A stretch of DNA of 32,000 nt from Nostoc sp. PCC 7120 = FACHB-418 (GCF_000009705.1 NC_003272.1:5880001-5912000), one strand, 5' to 3'; shown: positions 1-9,045, counted from the first letter of the stretch. The notes: generated by a model from the letters alone, not told the origin. Numbers and translations: made by a program.

Positions 1-2072
1 GCAACCATAGCCGAAACCGTTGTTGATTTTGACGAGAATTCGGCAACTGTTCAGCAAGTTTTTCCAGGGATTTATGAAGTCCAACATCTAGAACAATACC
101 CAAAATGTTCGAGAGCGCATCTCCACAGGTGTGGAAGTGGGCAAAGTCCTGGTTCCCATCAATTGCACACTCTAACAGCAGGTCATCTAATGCTGCATCC
201 AAAAACATCCCTTGGTCGAGGCTGCTGGCTAGGGCAAAGTGAGAAGATATATGAGGAGTCCGACTCAAGGCCAGGTAAAAAGCGCGAACTGTCGCATCTT
301 TGGTTTGAGTGGGAATAGTACGAGATTTTTGGCTAGCCCAAGTCAAAAACTCTTGTAGATAAGGGTCTTGGGCGACTAGTGCATCAATCTGTTGCTTCAT
401 CAACTGTACCAAGCCGTCTGCACTCCGGAGCATGGTAGCTGTCAACAAAAAGATTTCGCGCCAGTGGGGGTCGGTGATATGACTAACCAATCCTCCTAAG
501 GCTTGCTCTAAAGCTTGTAGGTTATGACTAGCAACTATTTTTCTAGCCGTAAAATATTCTTGAAACGCCAGATAAGAAAAAGAGAAAATTCCCCTAGCTC
601 TTTCTGCTAGTAACCCATGTTGAGCTTCGATTGCTTTGAGCGCTGCTTCGCTTTCTATTTGCAGTTCCTCTCCATCCATCGGTAAATGACTGAGATTCTG
701 AATATAGTCAGCAATGTATTGCTCAACAACACGTTGTTCAAAAAAGTATTGACCTTTCTCAAATGTCGCGGCGGCAATTTGACTCAATAACTTGAGCTTT
801 TGTGGTAACAAAAACCCTCGGTAAACTTCATCCCGTTCTATACCCCTGGCTTCATCCCATTTACCCAACAGCAGGTCTAAACCTTGCTTATAAAAGTCCG
901 TGCGTTTAATGGGGAATTTTTCTTGACTATGAAACACCCAGCAGGCAAGATGCAGAAACAGGGGTGTAACAACGAGTTGGCGAAATTGCCAGTTTTCATC
1001 TAACTCTAGTTTCTCGATAAACTCAACAGATTGTGCCTGACCATCTTCAGTATTAGTCTTGGTAAAGGCGACAAACCATTTTTGAGCGAAGGCGATGATT
1101 TGTTCTAAGGTAAATGGGGCAATTTCAACATCGGTAAAGCCTCTGAGTACAAGTTTTTGAGAGGCTGTTCGACAAGTTGCGACAAACTGATTTTTGTGAT
1201 ATTTATCGGAAAATCGCCGAATTTCACTTAAGACAGCATTGCTTTGTTGGTTGAGGACTTCATCCATGCCATCAAGCAAAAGTAACACTCTACCTGCATT
1301 CAGCAAGGTTTCTATAACTGTGGGATCGGAAATTCCCGATGTGATAAACTCCTGGCGGATATAGTTTAATAGGCTGAACTCGTGGGTGACTTTAGATTCT
1401 TCCGCAAAATTCCTCAGTGTGATGAAGATTGGCACCTGATGAGCTGCAAATGTATTTTGGTTAGACTGAATGGCGAGATGTTGTAAAAAAGTAGTTTTAC
1501 CTACCCCCGGTTTACCTAGTACCCTGAGCTTGGAGTATGTTTCAACCGCCTGCATACTGGGTATTTGTTTTTGGGATACTTCACCTAAGCCAAAGCGATC
1601 AAATTCTTTGGGGTCGAGGTTCTGCAAATCAGTAATTTCTAAATACTGTTGACTAGCAATTAACTCCAAAATATTCACATCTATATATATGTCATCGATC
1701 GCCACAGGATGGCTGATGTCCAATAATTGCAAAATACCACACTGGTATTGAATCTTGTCAAAGCGTTGCGATCGCACTTGCTGCACTAATCTATCGATAT
1801 CCAAGACAGAGGGCTGGGCTATTTCCTCTCGTTCGCCAAATTCTGCTGGTGGGTTAGCAGCAATCTCCCGCCAATTCAATTCTAAAACCGAACAAATTTC
1901 AATAAAGGTCAGACGTTCAACTGGACGACCACTAAAAAATCGCCAAATTGGCTGTCGAGTTTTTAAGTTGACTTCAATGGCTAAATTTTCTTGAGTCCAC
2001 CCCTTACGCGCAAACGCTGTTTTTGCCTGTTGTATTCCTAACTGTGATGCTTGGAGCGATCGCTTGACCATA
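1..2072 (-). pseudogene. HTH-NACHT (STAND P-loop) NTPase. The 3' end lies outside the window. One extra T, 11 codons after the ATG, breaks the frame (frameshifted gene, assembly error or recoding).
   Basis: Hand translation of the minus strand gives an open frame from 2095 to position 2. It contains an HTH-like N-domain (GIQQAKTAFARKGWTQENLAIEVNLKTRQPIWRFFSGRPVERLTFIEICSVLELNWREIA), Walker A GKPGVGKTT (1493-1516) and Walker B LLLLDGMDEV, followed by a long helical region. The ATG at 2070-2072 (MVKRSLQASQ) is in a different frame and terminates after 22 codons. The gene is absent from the ORF track because it has no stop in the window. Confidence 0.75.
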
Positions 2073-2349
2073 AGGCAAAACCCTGCTCCTCAAATTACAA
2101 ACTTAAACTTTTATTAATATATACAACCTTACATTTTTTTCTGTGTTTCTACCATTCTACTCACTTAAAATCATACAAAAGTATCAGAATTCCTTTAAAA
2201 ATTTTTAACTTTTGTGACAAATTCAAACGTTATACATTAATTTTATACATTTCAAACTTTTAACAATACATAATCTCAAACATTCATCTGTCATGCTCTA
2301 TGAAGTACAGACTAAAAGCTTCTCTATATTTGTCCTTCTTCATTAAGAC

Positions 2350-2781
2350 TTGAGTTTGAAGATGAATATAAATTTTTTATTACTTAATAAAGTAAATAAA
2401 ATCATTGAGTTGACTGAACTAATTTATTATTCAAAGCAATCAGATCAACCATCTGGGGAAGTAAATATTCCAGAAACTTTTATAGACAAATTGTCTAATT
2501 ATTTAGAAGAATTTGAAACAACTGGAAGAACATCAGCTAGAGTACTACATAAATATATAGACGGATTTTCTCCAGAAGAAAAAGGTCAAGTGATAGCTCT
2601 GATATGGCTTGGTCAATATGCTTCCTGCAAACAACCAGAAGACTTTCAAAATTTAATTGCACAAGCAGTACATCTCATACCTGACAACTATGCAACAAGC
2701 TATATTATCGAAAAATCTTTCCTAGCAAAGTATCTTCGCTCCGGGCTAGAAAAAATAAATCATCACCTCTGGAACAATTAA
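2350..2781 (+). CDS. Small AT-rich protein resembling DUF3775. The more likely start is the ATG at 2362.
   Basis: Track ORF. The segment SPEEKGQVIALIWLGQYASCKQPEDFQNLIAQA...YLRSGLEKI resembles the DUF3775 core as I remember it (E.E..LVALMWLGRGD...L..YLE.GL.KL). The track start is a TTG; the first ATG is 4 codons in. Confidence 0.5.
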   Translation: MSLKMNINFLLLNKVNKIIELTELIYYSKQSDQPSGEVNIPETFIDKLSNYLEEFETTGRTSARVLHKYIDGFSPEEKGQVIALIWLGQYASCKQPEDFQNLIAQAVHLIPDNYATSYIIEKSFLAKYLRSGLEKINHHLWNN

Positions 2782-2975
2782 ATTTATCCAGAAAGGTAGG
2801 AGGAAGGCTGTGGTGTAATGCTGCGACTAGAGAAAGCAAGCGTTTAACCGGGATTTTTCACTACAAACTGCAATTGAGCGCTTGTGGAGTGGAGAGTTTT
2901 TGTACAGGTTTTTTCCCTTTGTTCCTCTGCTCCATCAAACGCCTGAAGCTTTTGAGAAAGGCGGGTTTAAGTTCA

Positions 2976-3008
2976 CCACCGAATTTTTAATTTGGTGGCT
3001 TTTATTTA
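2976..3008 (+). terminator. Intrinsic-terminator-like hairpin followed by a T-rich tail
   Basis: CCACCGAATT (2976-2985) pairs with AATTTGGTGG (2989-2998), including one G-T wobble. It is followed by CTTTTATTTAT. It lies about 200 nt after the DUF3775-like stop codon. Confidence 0.4.
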
Positions 3009-3044
3009 TAGGACTTACGCATGAAAACGAAAGATCAAGGGTTT

Positions 3045-3101
3045 GGAAAAGGGTGTAGGGGTATAAATGATTGAAACCCTTACACCCCTATACCCTTTTC
3101 C
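3045..3101 (-). terminator. 18-bp inverted repeat (one mismatch) immediately downstream of the 3107..3784 gene
   Basis: GGAAAAGGGTGTAGGGGT (3045-3062) is the reverse complement of ACCCCTATACCCTTTTCC (3084-3101) apart from one base. The loop is 21 nt. It sits 6 nt beyond the stop codon of the minus-strand gene. Confidence 0.4.
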
Positions 3102-3106
3102 CCAAT

Positions 3107-3784
3107 TCATTCTGTAGCTTGCTGACTAGCCGCATAATATTGATTCATCAGTGCTTCTACAATAACTTGGGGATCATCTGTTTCAATCGCTAGCTGTTCT
3201 GCAATCTGTTGGCGTAAGTTTTCATCCTCTTGCAGCATCTCAAATAACTGTTCAAGAGTAACCGTTTGATATTCTCCTTCTGGGTTTTCCTCAGTTGCGG
3301 AAATAGTTTCCTCTGGATATAATACATCAGTACTATCACCATCTGGGCCATCATATTCCCAAATTGGTTCGCCTTGATTGCGGCTCAAGACCTGCATCCC
3401 AATATCGTAGGCAACATCTCCCAGTTCCCCAACGCCCAATTCTCCCAGTTGGACTAATCGAGCTGCTAATTCATTATTTGGTGAGGAGGATGCTAGTAAT
3501 TTTTCGCCAAAACGCCTTAACCACTCTACCCATTGTGCAGTTGTCACACGATGCTCAATTTTTTGCAGCCACTTTACAGCCCAAGCCTGGCCCCGCGCCT
3601 GATGCACTCCTTCGAGAAGTTCAGTGAACAGAAATTCTAAATCTGTATCACCCAGGGGTGGAGCTGGTTGTTTTGTCACGTTAGGACTAGTTTTCACCGC
3701 AGTCTGTTTCCTACCCCCACCAAACAAGCCTTGAAAAAAGCTTTTAAGCCATTGGACTAGCCGCCTGAGCATTTGCTGTACCAT
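3107..3784 (-). CDS. Hypothetical protein with no domain I recognise. Basic N-terminus, acidic C-terminal half.
   Basis: Track ORF of 225 aa. It has an ATG start with GGGGA 11 nt upstream. The antisense ORF 3364..3627 is low-complexity and looks spurious. Confidence 0.6.
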   Translation of the reverse strand: MVQQMLRRLVQWLKSFFQGLFGGGRKQTAVKTSPNVTKQPAPPLGDTDLEFLFTELLEGVHQARGQAWAVKWLQKIEHRVTTAQWVEWLRRFGEKLLASSSPNNELAARLVQLGELGVGELGDVAYDIGMQVLSRNQGEPIWEYDGPDGDSTDVLYPEETISATEENPEGEYQTVTLEQLFEMLQEDENLRQQIAEQLAIETDDPQVIVEALMNQYYAASQQATE

Positions 3785-4061
3785 TTACTATTGTGTCCCC
3801 TAAGATTGTAGCCGCCTAAAGCGGGTGCAAAGCGCACTATTGCCTTAGCCAAGTAAATATATGTAAGTGAATTTCACAGTCTCTTCTAGGGTATGCCACA
3901 GCTCACAAGATGAGTGGCAAAGTTTAAAATGGTTTAACTTCATTCACGATTCAAAATGGTCAGACTCTTTGGGGGCAAAAATTCTCATGATTGGGTGTAA
4001 GTAAATTTAAAGCACAACAACTTAGCAAATCAACCCTAGAAGGTATTGACTTTTTTCACCC

Positions 4062-6029
4062 ATGTCTTACGTACCCCTGCACCACAAGTATCGTCCAAAG
4101 AATTTTGCTGAACTAGTGGGGCAAGAGGCGATCGCTACCACACTCACAAATGCTATCCGTACAGCTAAAATAGCCCCAGCGTATCTATTTACTGGCCCCA
4201 GAGGTACAGGTAAAACCTCCAGCGCCCGGATTCTGGCTAAATCCCTCAACTGTCTCAACAGTGACAAACCCACGGCTGAACCTTGTGGCGTTTGTGATGT
4301 TTGTCAGGGAATCACCAAAGGCTACTCCCTGGACGTAATCGAAATTGATGCCGCCAGTAACACTGGTGTAGATAATATCCGCGAATTAATTGAAAAAGCC
4401 CAATTCGCCCCTGTGCAGTGTCGGTATAAAGTGTATGTAATCGACGAATGTCATATGCTCAGTAGTGCGGCATTCAATGCGCTACTGAAAACATTAGAAG
4501 AACCACCGAGACACGTAGTTTTTGTTTTAGCGACAACCGATCCCCAACGAGTGTTACCTACAATTATTTCTCGTTGTCAAAGATTTGATTTTCGGCGCAT
4601 TCAACTAGAGGCGATGGTGAAGCACTTAAGTGCGATCGCCTCAAAAGAAAATATTAATATTTCCCTAGAAGCAGTTACCTTAGTAGCTCAGTTATCCCAA
4701 GGTGGATTACGAGATGCGGAAAGTTTACTCGACCAATTAGCCTTATTACCCAACGAAGTCACACCAGAGCAAGTATGGGATTTAGTCGGTTCAGTCAGCG
4801 AACAAGATTTGTTAGTTTTATTGGCAGCGATCGCCCAAGATAACCCAGAATTAGTATTAGACTCTACCAGGCAAATCTTAGATCGTGGTCGAGAACCCTT
4901 AACCATTCTGCAAAACCTAGCCGCCTTCTACCGCGATTTACTCATAGCCAAAACCGCACCCAATCGTCATAATTTAGTCGCTTGTACTCAGCAAACATGG
5001 AAAGCACTAGTTGAATCCGCCCAATCTTTGCCCATAAGTACAATCTTGCTAGGGCAGAAACATTTACAAGAAGCAGAACTACAAATTAAACACACCACTC
5101 AACCACGTTTATGGTTAGAGGTGACATTACTAGGATTATTACCAAGCGCCAATATTCAACCCGCAGCGATAGCCCTGACACCAAGCAACCAGCGCCCAGC
5201 ACCACAGCAAGTTTCCCCAAAAGCGTCCCCACAAAACCCATCTCCACAACCCCCACCTCCGCCTCCACCCCCACAAGCCACCACCCACCAAGAAACCCTC
5301 GACACACCCCCATCTATTCCATCCCCTACCCTAGAGGAAGTTAAAGCTACATCTTCCCCTGCTTCCCAGTCCCCAATCCCCAGTCCCTCAGAAGATGACT
5401 TTGCTCAAATTTGGCAGCAAGTACTCAGTAATATTCAGCAAATCCCCAGACGCGCCTTACTGGGTCAAATGTGTTACCTCATCGATTTTGCAGGTGCTGT
5501 GGCTCGTATTGGTGTCAAAGCTGCGTGGTATGACAAAGTTAAGTCAGACTTACCTATGATTACGGCAGCTTTCCAACAGACCTTTAATCGTGAAATTCAG
5601 GTAACTTTAGAAAGAGGTAACCCATCAAACACCTCTACAGTCAGGAAAGTAGCGCCAGCCAATGGTAATGGTAATGGTAACAGCAACGGTAACGGTAATG
5701 GTCATAACGGTACTGCCACCGTACAACAGCCACCATCACCAACCTACAGCAACCAAAAGCCAACTACACCTCCCCCACAGCCTACCGCACCCGCCCCAAA
5801 TCCAAAAACTACACCCGTCTCCCCAAGTACAGGAGGGGCAAAAACACCACCCCCAACAGAGAACAAAGCACCTCTACTTGAGTGGGAAACCGATGAAGTG
5901 GCGATCGCTGCCCAACGTCTAGCAAAATTCTTTGATGGGCAAATCATCCGATTTACCGACGATGGCGAAGGATTATCAGAAATGGCTACATCTGAATGGG
6001 CAGAGGAATCAGATTTAGACGATGAATAA
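4062..6029 (+). CDS. dnaX: DNA polymerase III subunit gamma/tau
   Basis: N-terminus HKYRPKNFAELVGQE, Walker A GPRGTGKTS, zinc module CGVCDVC, Walker B VIDECHML, sensor ISRCQRF. The long Pro-rich and Gly-Asn-rich linkers are typical of tau. Confidence 0.95.
   Translation: MSYVPLHHKYRPKNFAELVGQEAIATTLTNAIRTAKIAPAYLFTGPRGTGKTSSARILAKSLNCLNSDKPTAEPCGVCDVCQGITKGYSLDVIEIDAASNTGVDNIRELIEKAQFAPVQCRYKVYVIDECHMLSSAAFNALLKTLEEPPRHVVFVLATTDPQRVLPTIISRCQRFDFRRIQLEAMVKHLSAIASKENINISLEAVTLVAQLSQGGLRDAESLLDQLALLPNEVTPEQVWDLVGSVSEQDLLVLLAAIAQDNPELVLDSTRQILDRGREPLTILQNLAAFYRDLLIAKTAPNRHNLVACTQQTWKALVESAQSLPISTILLGQKHLQEAELQIKHTTQPRLWLEVTLLGLLPSANIQPAAIALTPSNQRPAPQQVSPKASPQNPSPQPPPPPPPPQATTHQETLDTPPSIPSPTLEEVKATSSPASQSPIPSPSEDDFAQIWQQVLSNIQQIPRRALLGQMCYLIDFAGAVARIGVKAAWYDKVKSDLPMITAAFQQTFNREIQVTLERGNPSNTSTVRKVAPANGNGNGNSNGNGNGHNGTATVQQPPSPTYSNQKPTTPPPQPTAPAPNPKTTPVSPSTGGAKTPPPTENKAPLLEWETDEVAIAAQRLAKFFDGQIIRFTDDGEGLSEMATSEWAEESDLDDE
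5661..5711 (+). repeat. In-frame hexanucleotide (AAY GGT) microsatellite inside dnaX, encoding NGNGNGNSNGNGNGHNG
   Basis: Read directly: aatggtaatggtaatggtaacagcaacggtaacggtaatggtcataacggt. It is in frame with the start at 4062. Confidence 0.9.
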
Positions 6030-6085
6030 GGCAGGGGAAGCAGGGGGTAGGGGGACAGAAAATTGACTATGGACAACTAACAAAA

Positions 6086-6118
6086 AAAATGCAAAATCCA
6101 AACTGAATTTTGCATTTT
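6086..6118. terminator. Bidirectional intrinsic terminator between convergent dnaX and the GT2 gene
   Basis: Perfect 12-bp stem: AAAATGCAAAAT (6086-6097) with ATTTTGCATTTT (6107-6118), loop of 9 nt. An A-run lies upstream and a T-rich tail downstream, so it reads as a hairpin plus U-tract on both strands. Confidence 0.6.
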
Positions 6119-6141
6119 GCATTTTGAATTTCCCGTAGGGA

Positions 6142-7548
6142 CTATTCGCCAGTCCCTGTATGCACAGTTTTTACCCACTTCAAGCGCTTGGGTCGGAATG
6201 ACATCCGCGCTGTGGTGCTGCTCATGACTACTAACCAGTGCAGCATATATAATGTGCCGCGCATTGTTTGTAGTAACAAAACAAAGGGGGTATGAACTTG
6301 AAACTTTTGTTCTTGTCGTATGCGCCGTAAACCAGCAAACATTCCGACGACAGACATCGTGACAGACAAGCCTGTTACTGGGCCTAGCATTGGCGGACGA
6401 TGACGGGTGAGAGCCATTAATAAATCGGGAATTGCTGCTGTTGGCAAGATATACATTGTCAGCATGAACATCAACATATCCCAAGTTTTCCGCGTACCCA
6501 TGCGGTTTTTGAGAATCAAATCCCAATAGTCCAAATAGCGCTGATAGCCACCTTCCGCCCAGCGATTGCGCTGATGCCAAAGAGCGATCGCCGTTGTTAC
6601 GCCTTCTTCCTGTACGGCTGGATAGAACAAGCATTCAATATCCCATTTGTCAAGATGCAGGCGGAAAGTTAGATCCAAATCATCAGTGATTGTTTCTTCA
6701 TTCCAACCGCCGCAGCTGTCCAAGGCTTGGCGGCGCACAAATTGACCATTCCCTCGCAGTTCACCGATTCCTCCCAGGGCTGTACGCTGTTGCTGGAACC
6801 AAATATCCAGCGACATTTCCGCCATTTGCCCCTTTGTCCAAAAATTTTCTTTGGCGTTGGCGATCGCTTTTCGCACCTGCACCGCCCCCACCTTTTCCCG
6901 TTGAAACAAAGGTACTACATGGAGTAGCATATCTGATGCCACTTGAGCATCAGCATCAAACACGGCGATGATTTCACCTTGAGTTAATGGTAAAACCTGA
7001 TTTAACGCCCCTGATTTACCACCAGTAGCTTGGGCTGAACGTCTGAGGACTTTTAGTTTGTCGTACTCTTTTGCCAGTTCTGCTAGGATATGGGGTGTTT
7101 TATCGGTACTATTATCATCAATTATCCAAACTTCGTATTGCCCGTTGGGATATTCCAGATTACAAAGATTTTTCGCTAATTTAGCAATGACAGCTTCCTC
7201 ATTTTTCGCGGCTACCAATATAGATACAAAAGGTAAACTACCCTGAATCTCTTTTTGATAGTGGCGGGGTCGAGCAAAAACTACTCCTAAAGCATGAATA
7301 CCTAAAACGGTAGTCAACCCTAGTATAAAAATAGAACCCCAGGAAACCAAATGTAGAGCGATCGTGCCACTCCAGACGATTGTTAAAACTAGAGCAGCTT
7401 TCCCTCTACGTCCTTGAAACCGGGATGGTAGAGACAAATCCCGTGTTTCCACTACTGATTCCTCTGTTGTTGATACGTCAGACAACAAGGAATTGAGTGG
7501 ATCAAGCTCTTTGTAGGAATCGTTGTCGGGCCAGGAATTCGCTGGCAT
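6142..7548 (-). CDS. mgdA: Membrane-bound family-2 glycosyltransferase. Probable monoglucosyldiacylglycerol synthase orthologue.
   Basis: GT2 motifs IIDDNSTDKT, AVFDADAQV, ETITDDLD and QRNRWAEG (QxxRW), with TM segments on both sides of the catalytic domain. The mgdA call rests on remembered synteny: the gene sits three genes before ftsH and seven before CTDH, as all4933 does relative to all4936 and all4940 in PCC 7120. It does not rest on an alignment. Confidence 0.85.
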   Translation of the reverse strand: MPANSWPDNDSYKELDPLNSLLSDVSTTEESVVETRDLSLPSRFQGRRGKAALVLTIVWSGTIALHLVSWGSIFILGLTTVLGIHALGVVFARPRHYQKEIQGSLPFVSILVAAKNEEAVIAKLAKNLCNLEYPNGQYEVWIIDDNSTDKTPHILAELAKEYDKLKVLRRSAQATGGKSGALNQVLPLTQGEIIAVFDADAQVASDMLLHVVPLFQREKVGAVQVRKAIANAKENFWTKGQMAEMSLDIWFQQQRTALGGIGELRGNGQFVRRQALDSCGGWNEETITDDLDLTFRLHLDKWDIECLFYPAVQEEGVTTAIALWHQRNRWAEGGYQRYLDYWDLILKNRMGTRKTWDMLMFMLTMYILPTAAIPDLLMALTRHRPPMLGPVTGLSVTMSVVGMFAGLRRIRQEQKFQVHTPFVLLLQTMRGTLYMLHWLVVMSSTTARMSFRPKRLKWVKTVHTGTGE

Positions 7549-7643
7549 AAGTTACTTGATCCAAAAAAAGCTAATGCTGCCCTATTTTAACCGAGATTTT
7601 AATATTTCTTAGTAGTAACTTCCTTTATCACTATCATTCGTTA

Positions 7644-7664
7644 GTCGTGGGTCAGTGGTCAGTA
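7644..7664. repeat. STRR-like tandem heptamers (GTCGTGG GTCAGTG GTCAGTA)
   Basis: Read directly in the spacer between the GT2 and M20 genes. Short tandem heptamers of this kind are typical of heterocystous cyanobacteria. Confidence 0.4.
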
Positions 7665-7753
7665 TATCCTGTTCCCCCTGCTTGTGCCTTTTCCATAACT
7701 ATTAAGATAACGATAGACTGGGAAAATCACCCACCTTATCTACCTAAGCCGTA

Positions 7754-8971
7754 ATGGTTTCCACCTTTCCCAATCCCGCGTCAGTTGACTTATCCCGTGT
7801 GCGGTTAGCAATCCGTTCATTGCAACCCCAGTTGGTTGAATGGCGACGACAACTGCATCAAAAACCAGAGCTAAGTTTTCAAGAAAAACTCACGGCTGCC
7901 TTTGTCTCAAGTAAGTTACAAGCATGGGGAATTGAGCATCAAACAAATATTGCTCAAACTGGAATAGTGGCTACCATCAAAGGCGAAAAACCCAGCGCTA
8001 AAGTCTTGGCAATTCGAGCAGATATGGATGCTTTGCCAATTCAAGAACTCAACGAAGTACCTTATTGTTCACAGCATGATGGTGTGATGCACGCTTGTGG
8101 ACATGATGGACATACAGCGATCGCACTCGGCACAGCTTATTATTTACAACAGCATCGTCAAAATTTTGCTGGGACTGTAAAAATTATCTTCCAACCTGCG
8201 GAGGAAGGCCCAGGGGGCGCCAAGCCCATGATTGAAGCCGGGGTACTGAAAAATCCTGATGTTGATGCCATTATTGGGTTGCACCTGTGGAATAATTTGC
8301 CTTTGGGAACTGTAGGTGTCCGCAGTGGCGCATTGATGGCGGCGGTAGAATTATTTGACTGCACAATTTTCGGCAAAGGTGGACATGGTGCAATCCCCCA
8401 TCAAACTATAGATTCTGTGGTGGTGGCGGCGCAAATTGTCACCGCGCTACAAACAATAATCGCGCGTAATGTCAACCCCATTGATTCAGCAGTAGTGACG
8501 GTCGGCGCACTCCATGCGGGAACAGCACATAACGTAATTGCCGATACAGCCACCATGAAAGGAACTGTCAGGTATTTTAATCCTACGTTTCAAGGTTTTT
8601 TTCCGCAAAGAATTGAGCAAGTGATTGCTGGTATTTGTCAAAGTCATGGCGCAAAATATGACTTCAAATATACTGAATTGTATCCCCCAGTCATTAATGA
8701 TGCTACCGTAGCGGAATTAGTGCGATCGCAAGCTGAAGAATTGATCGAAACTCCCATTGGTATCGTGCCGGAATGTCAAACTATGGGGGGTGAGGATATG
8801 TCTTTCTTCTTGCAAGAGGTTCCTGGTTGTTATTTCTTCCTCGGTTCGGCTAACCCAGACAAAGATTTAGCCTATCCCCACCATCACCCCCGATTCGATT
8901 TTGATGAAACTGCTTTGGCAATGGGTGTAGAAATATTTGTCCGGTGTGTGGAGAAGTTTTTTAATGAATAA
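7754..8971 (+). CDS. M20D-family amidohydrolase (N-acyl-amino-acid / hippurate hydrolase type)
   Basis: Metal-binding block MHACGHDGHTA, FQPAEEGPGGA, and an overall match to the AmhX/HipO/ILR1-type M20 family. Clean ATG start. Confidence 0.9.
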   Translation: MVSTFPNPASVDLSRVRLAIRSLQPQLVEWRRQLHQKPELSFQEKLTAAFVSSKLQAWGIEHQTNIAQTGIVATIKGEKPSAKVLAIRADMDALPIQELNEVPYCSQHDGVMHACGHDGHTAIALGTAYYLQQHRQNFAGTVKIIFQPAEEGPGGAKPMIEAGVLKNPDVDAIIGLHLWNNLPLGTVGVRSGALMAAVELFDCTIFGKGGHGAIPHQTIDSVVVAAQIVTALQTIIARNVNPIDSAVVTVGALHAGTAHNVIADTATMKGTVRYFNPTFQGFFPQRIEQVIAGICQSHGAKYDFKYTELYPPVINDATVAELVRSQAEELIETPIGIVPECQTMGGEDMSFFLQEVPGCYFFLGSANPDKDLAYPHHHPRFDFDETALAMGVEIFVRCVEKFFNE

Positions 8972-9045
8972 AAATAAGCAACAAGCTAGAGTTTTAACTC
9001 ACTTGCCGCTCGTCATCAAAAATTATTCTTTGAACTCTGCCAAAC

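Noticed and set aside
1470-2263. Plus-strand track ORFs 1470..1652, 1755..1994 and 2051..2263
   Set aside because: The first two are antisense to the strongly supported NACHT reading frame, and the third spans the NACHT 5' end and the AT-rich promoter spacer. Their products are low-complexity and carry no motifs.
4392-4398. GAAAAAG in dnaX as a possible E. coli-like -1 frameshift site producing gamma
   Set aside because: It reads GAA-AAA-G in frame rather than A-AAA-AAG. It also lies in the N-terminal ATPase domain, far from the domain III/IV boundary where gamma ends.
5086-5922. Alternative-frame ORFs inside the dnaX linker (5086..5313 -, 5111..5344 +, 5662..5922 +, 5744..6076 -)
   Set aside because: They are produced by the CCN/GGN-rich low-complexity coding sequence. 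The 5662..5922 ORF is simply the GNGNGN microsatellite read out of frame.
6030-6058. G-rich tract (GGCAGGGGAAGCAGGGGGTAGGGGGACAG) after the dnaX stop as a G-quadruplex
   Set aside because: Only three runs of three or more Gs are present. The adjacent perfect hairpin already explains termination.
6077-6634. 185-aa minus-strand ORF overlapping the 3' part of the GT2 gene
   Set aside because: It is an alternative frame of a gene whose main frame carries all the GT2 motifs. It starts inside the bidirectional terminator. The plus-strand ORFs 6690..6971, 6727..6927 and 7058..7246 are likewise antisense artefacts.
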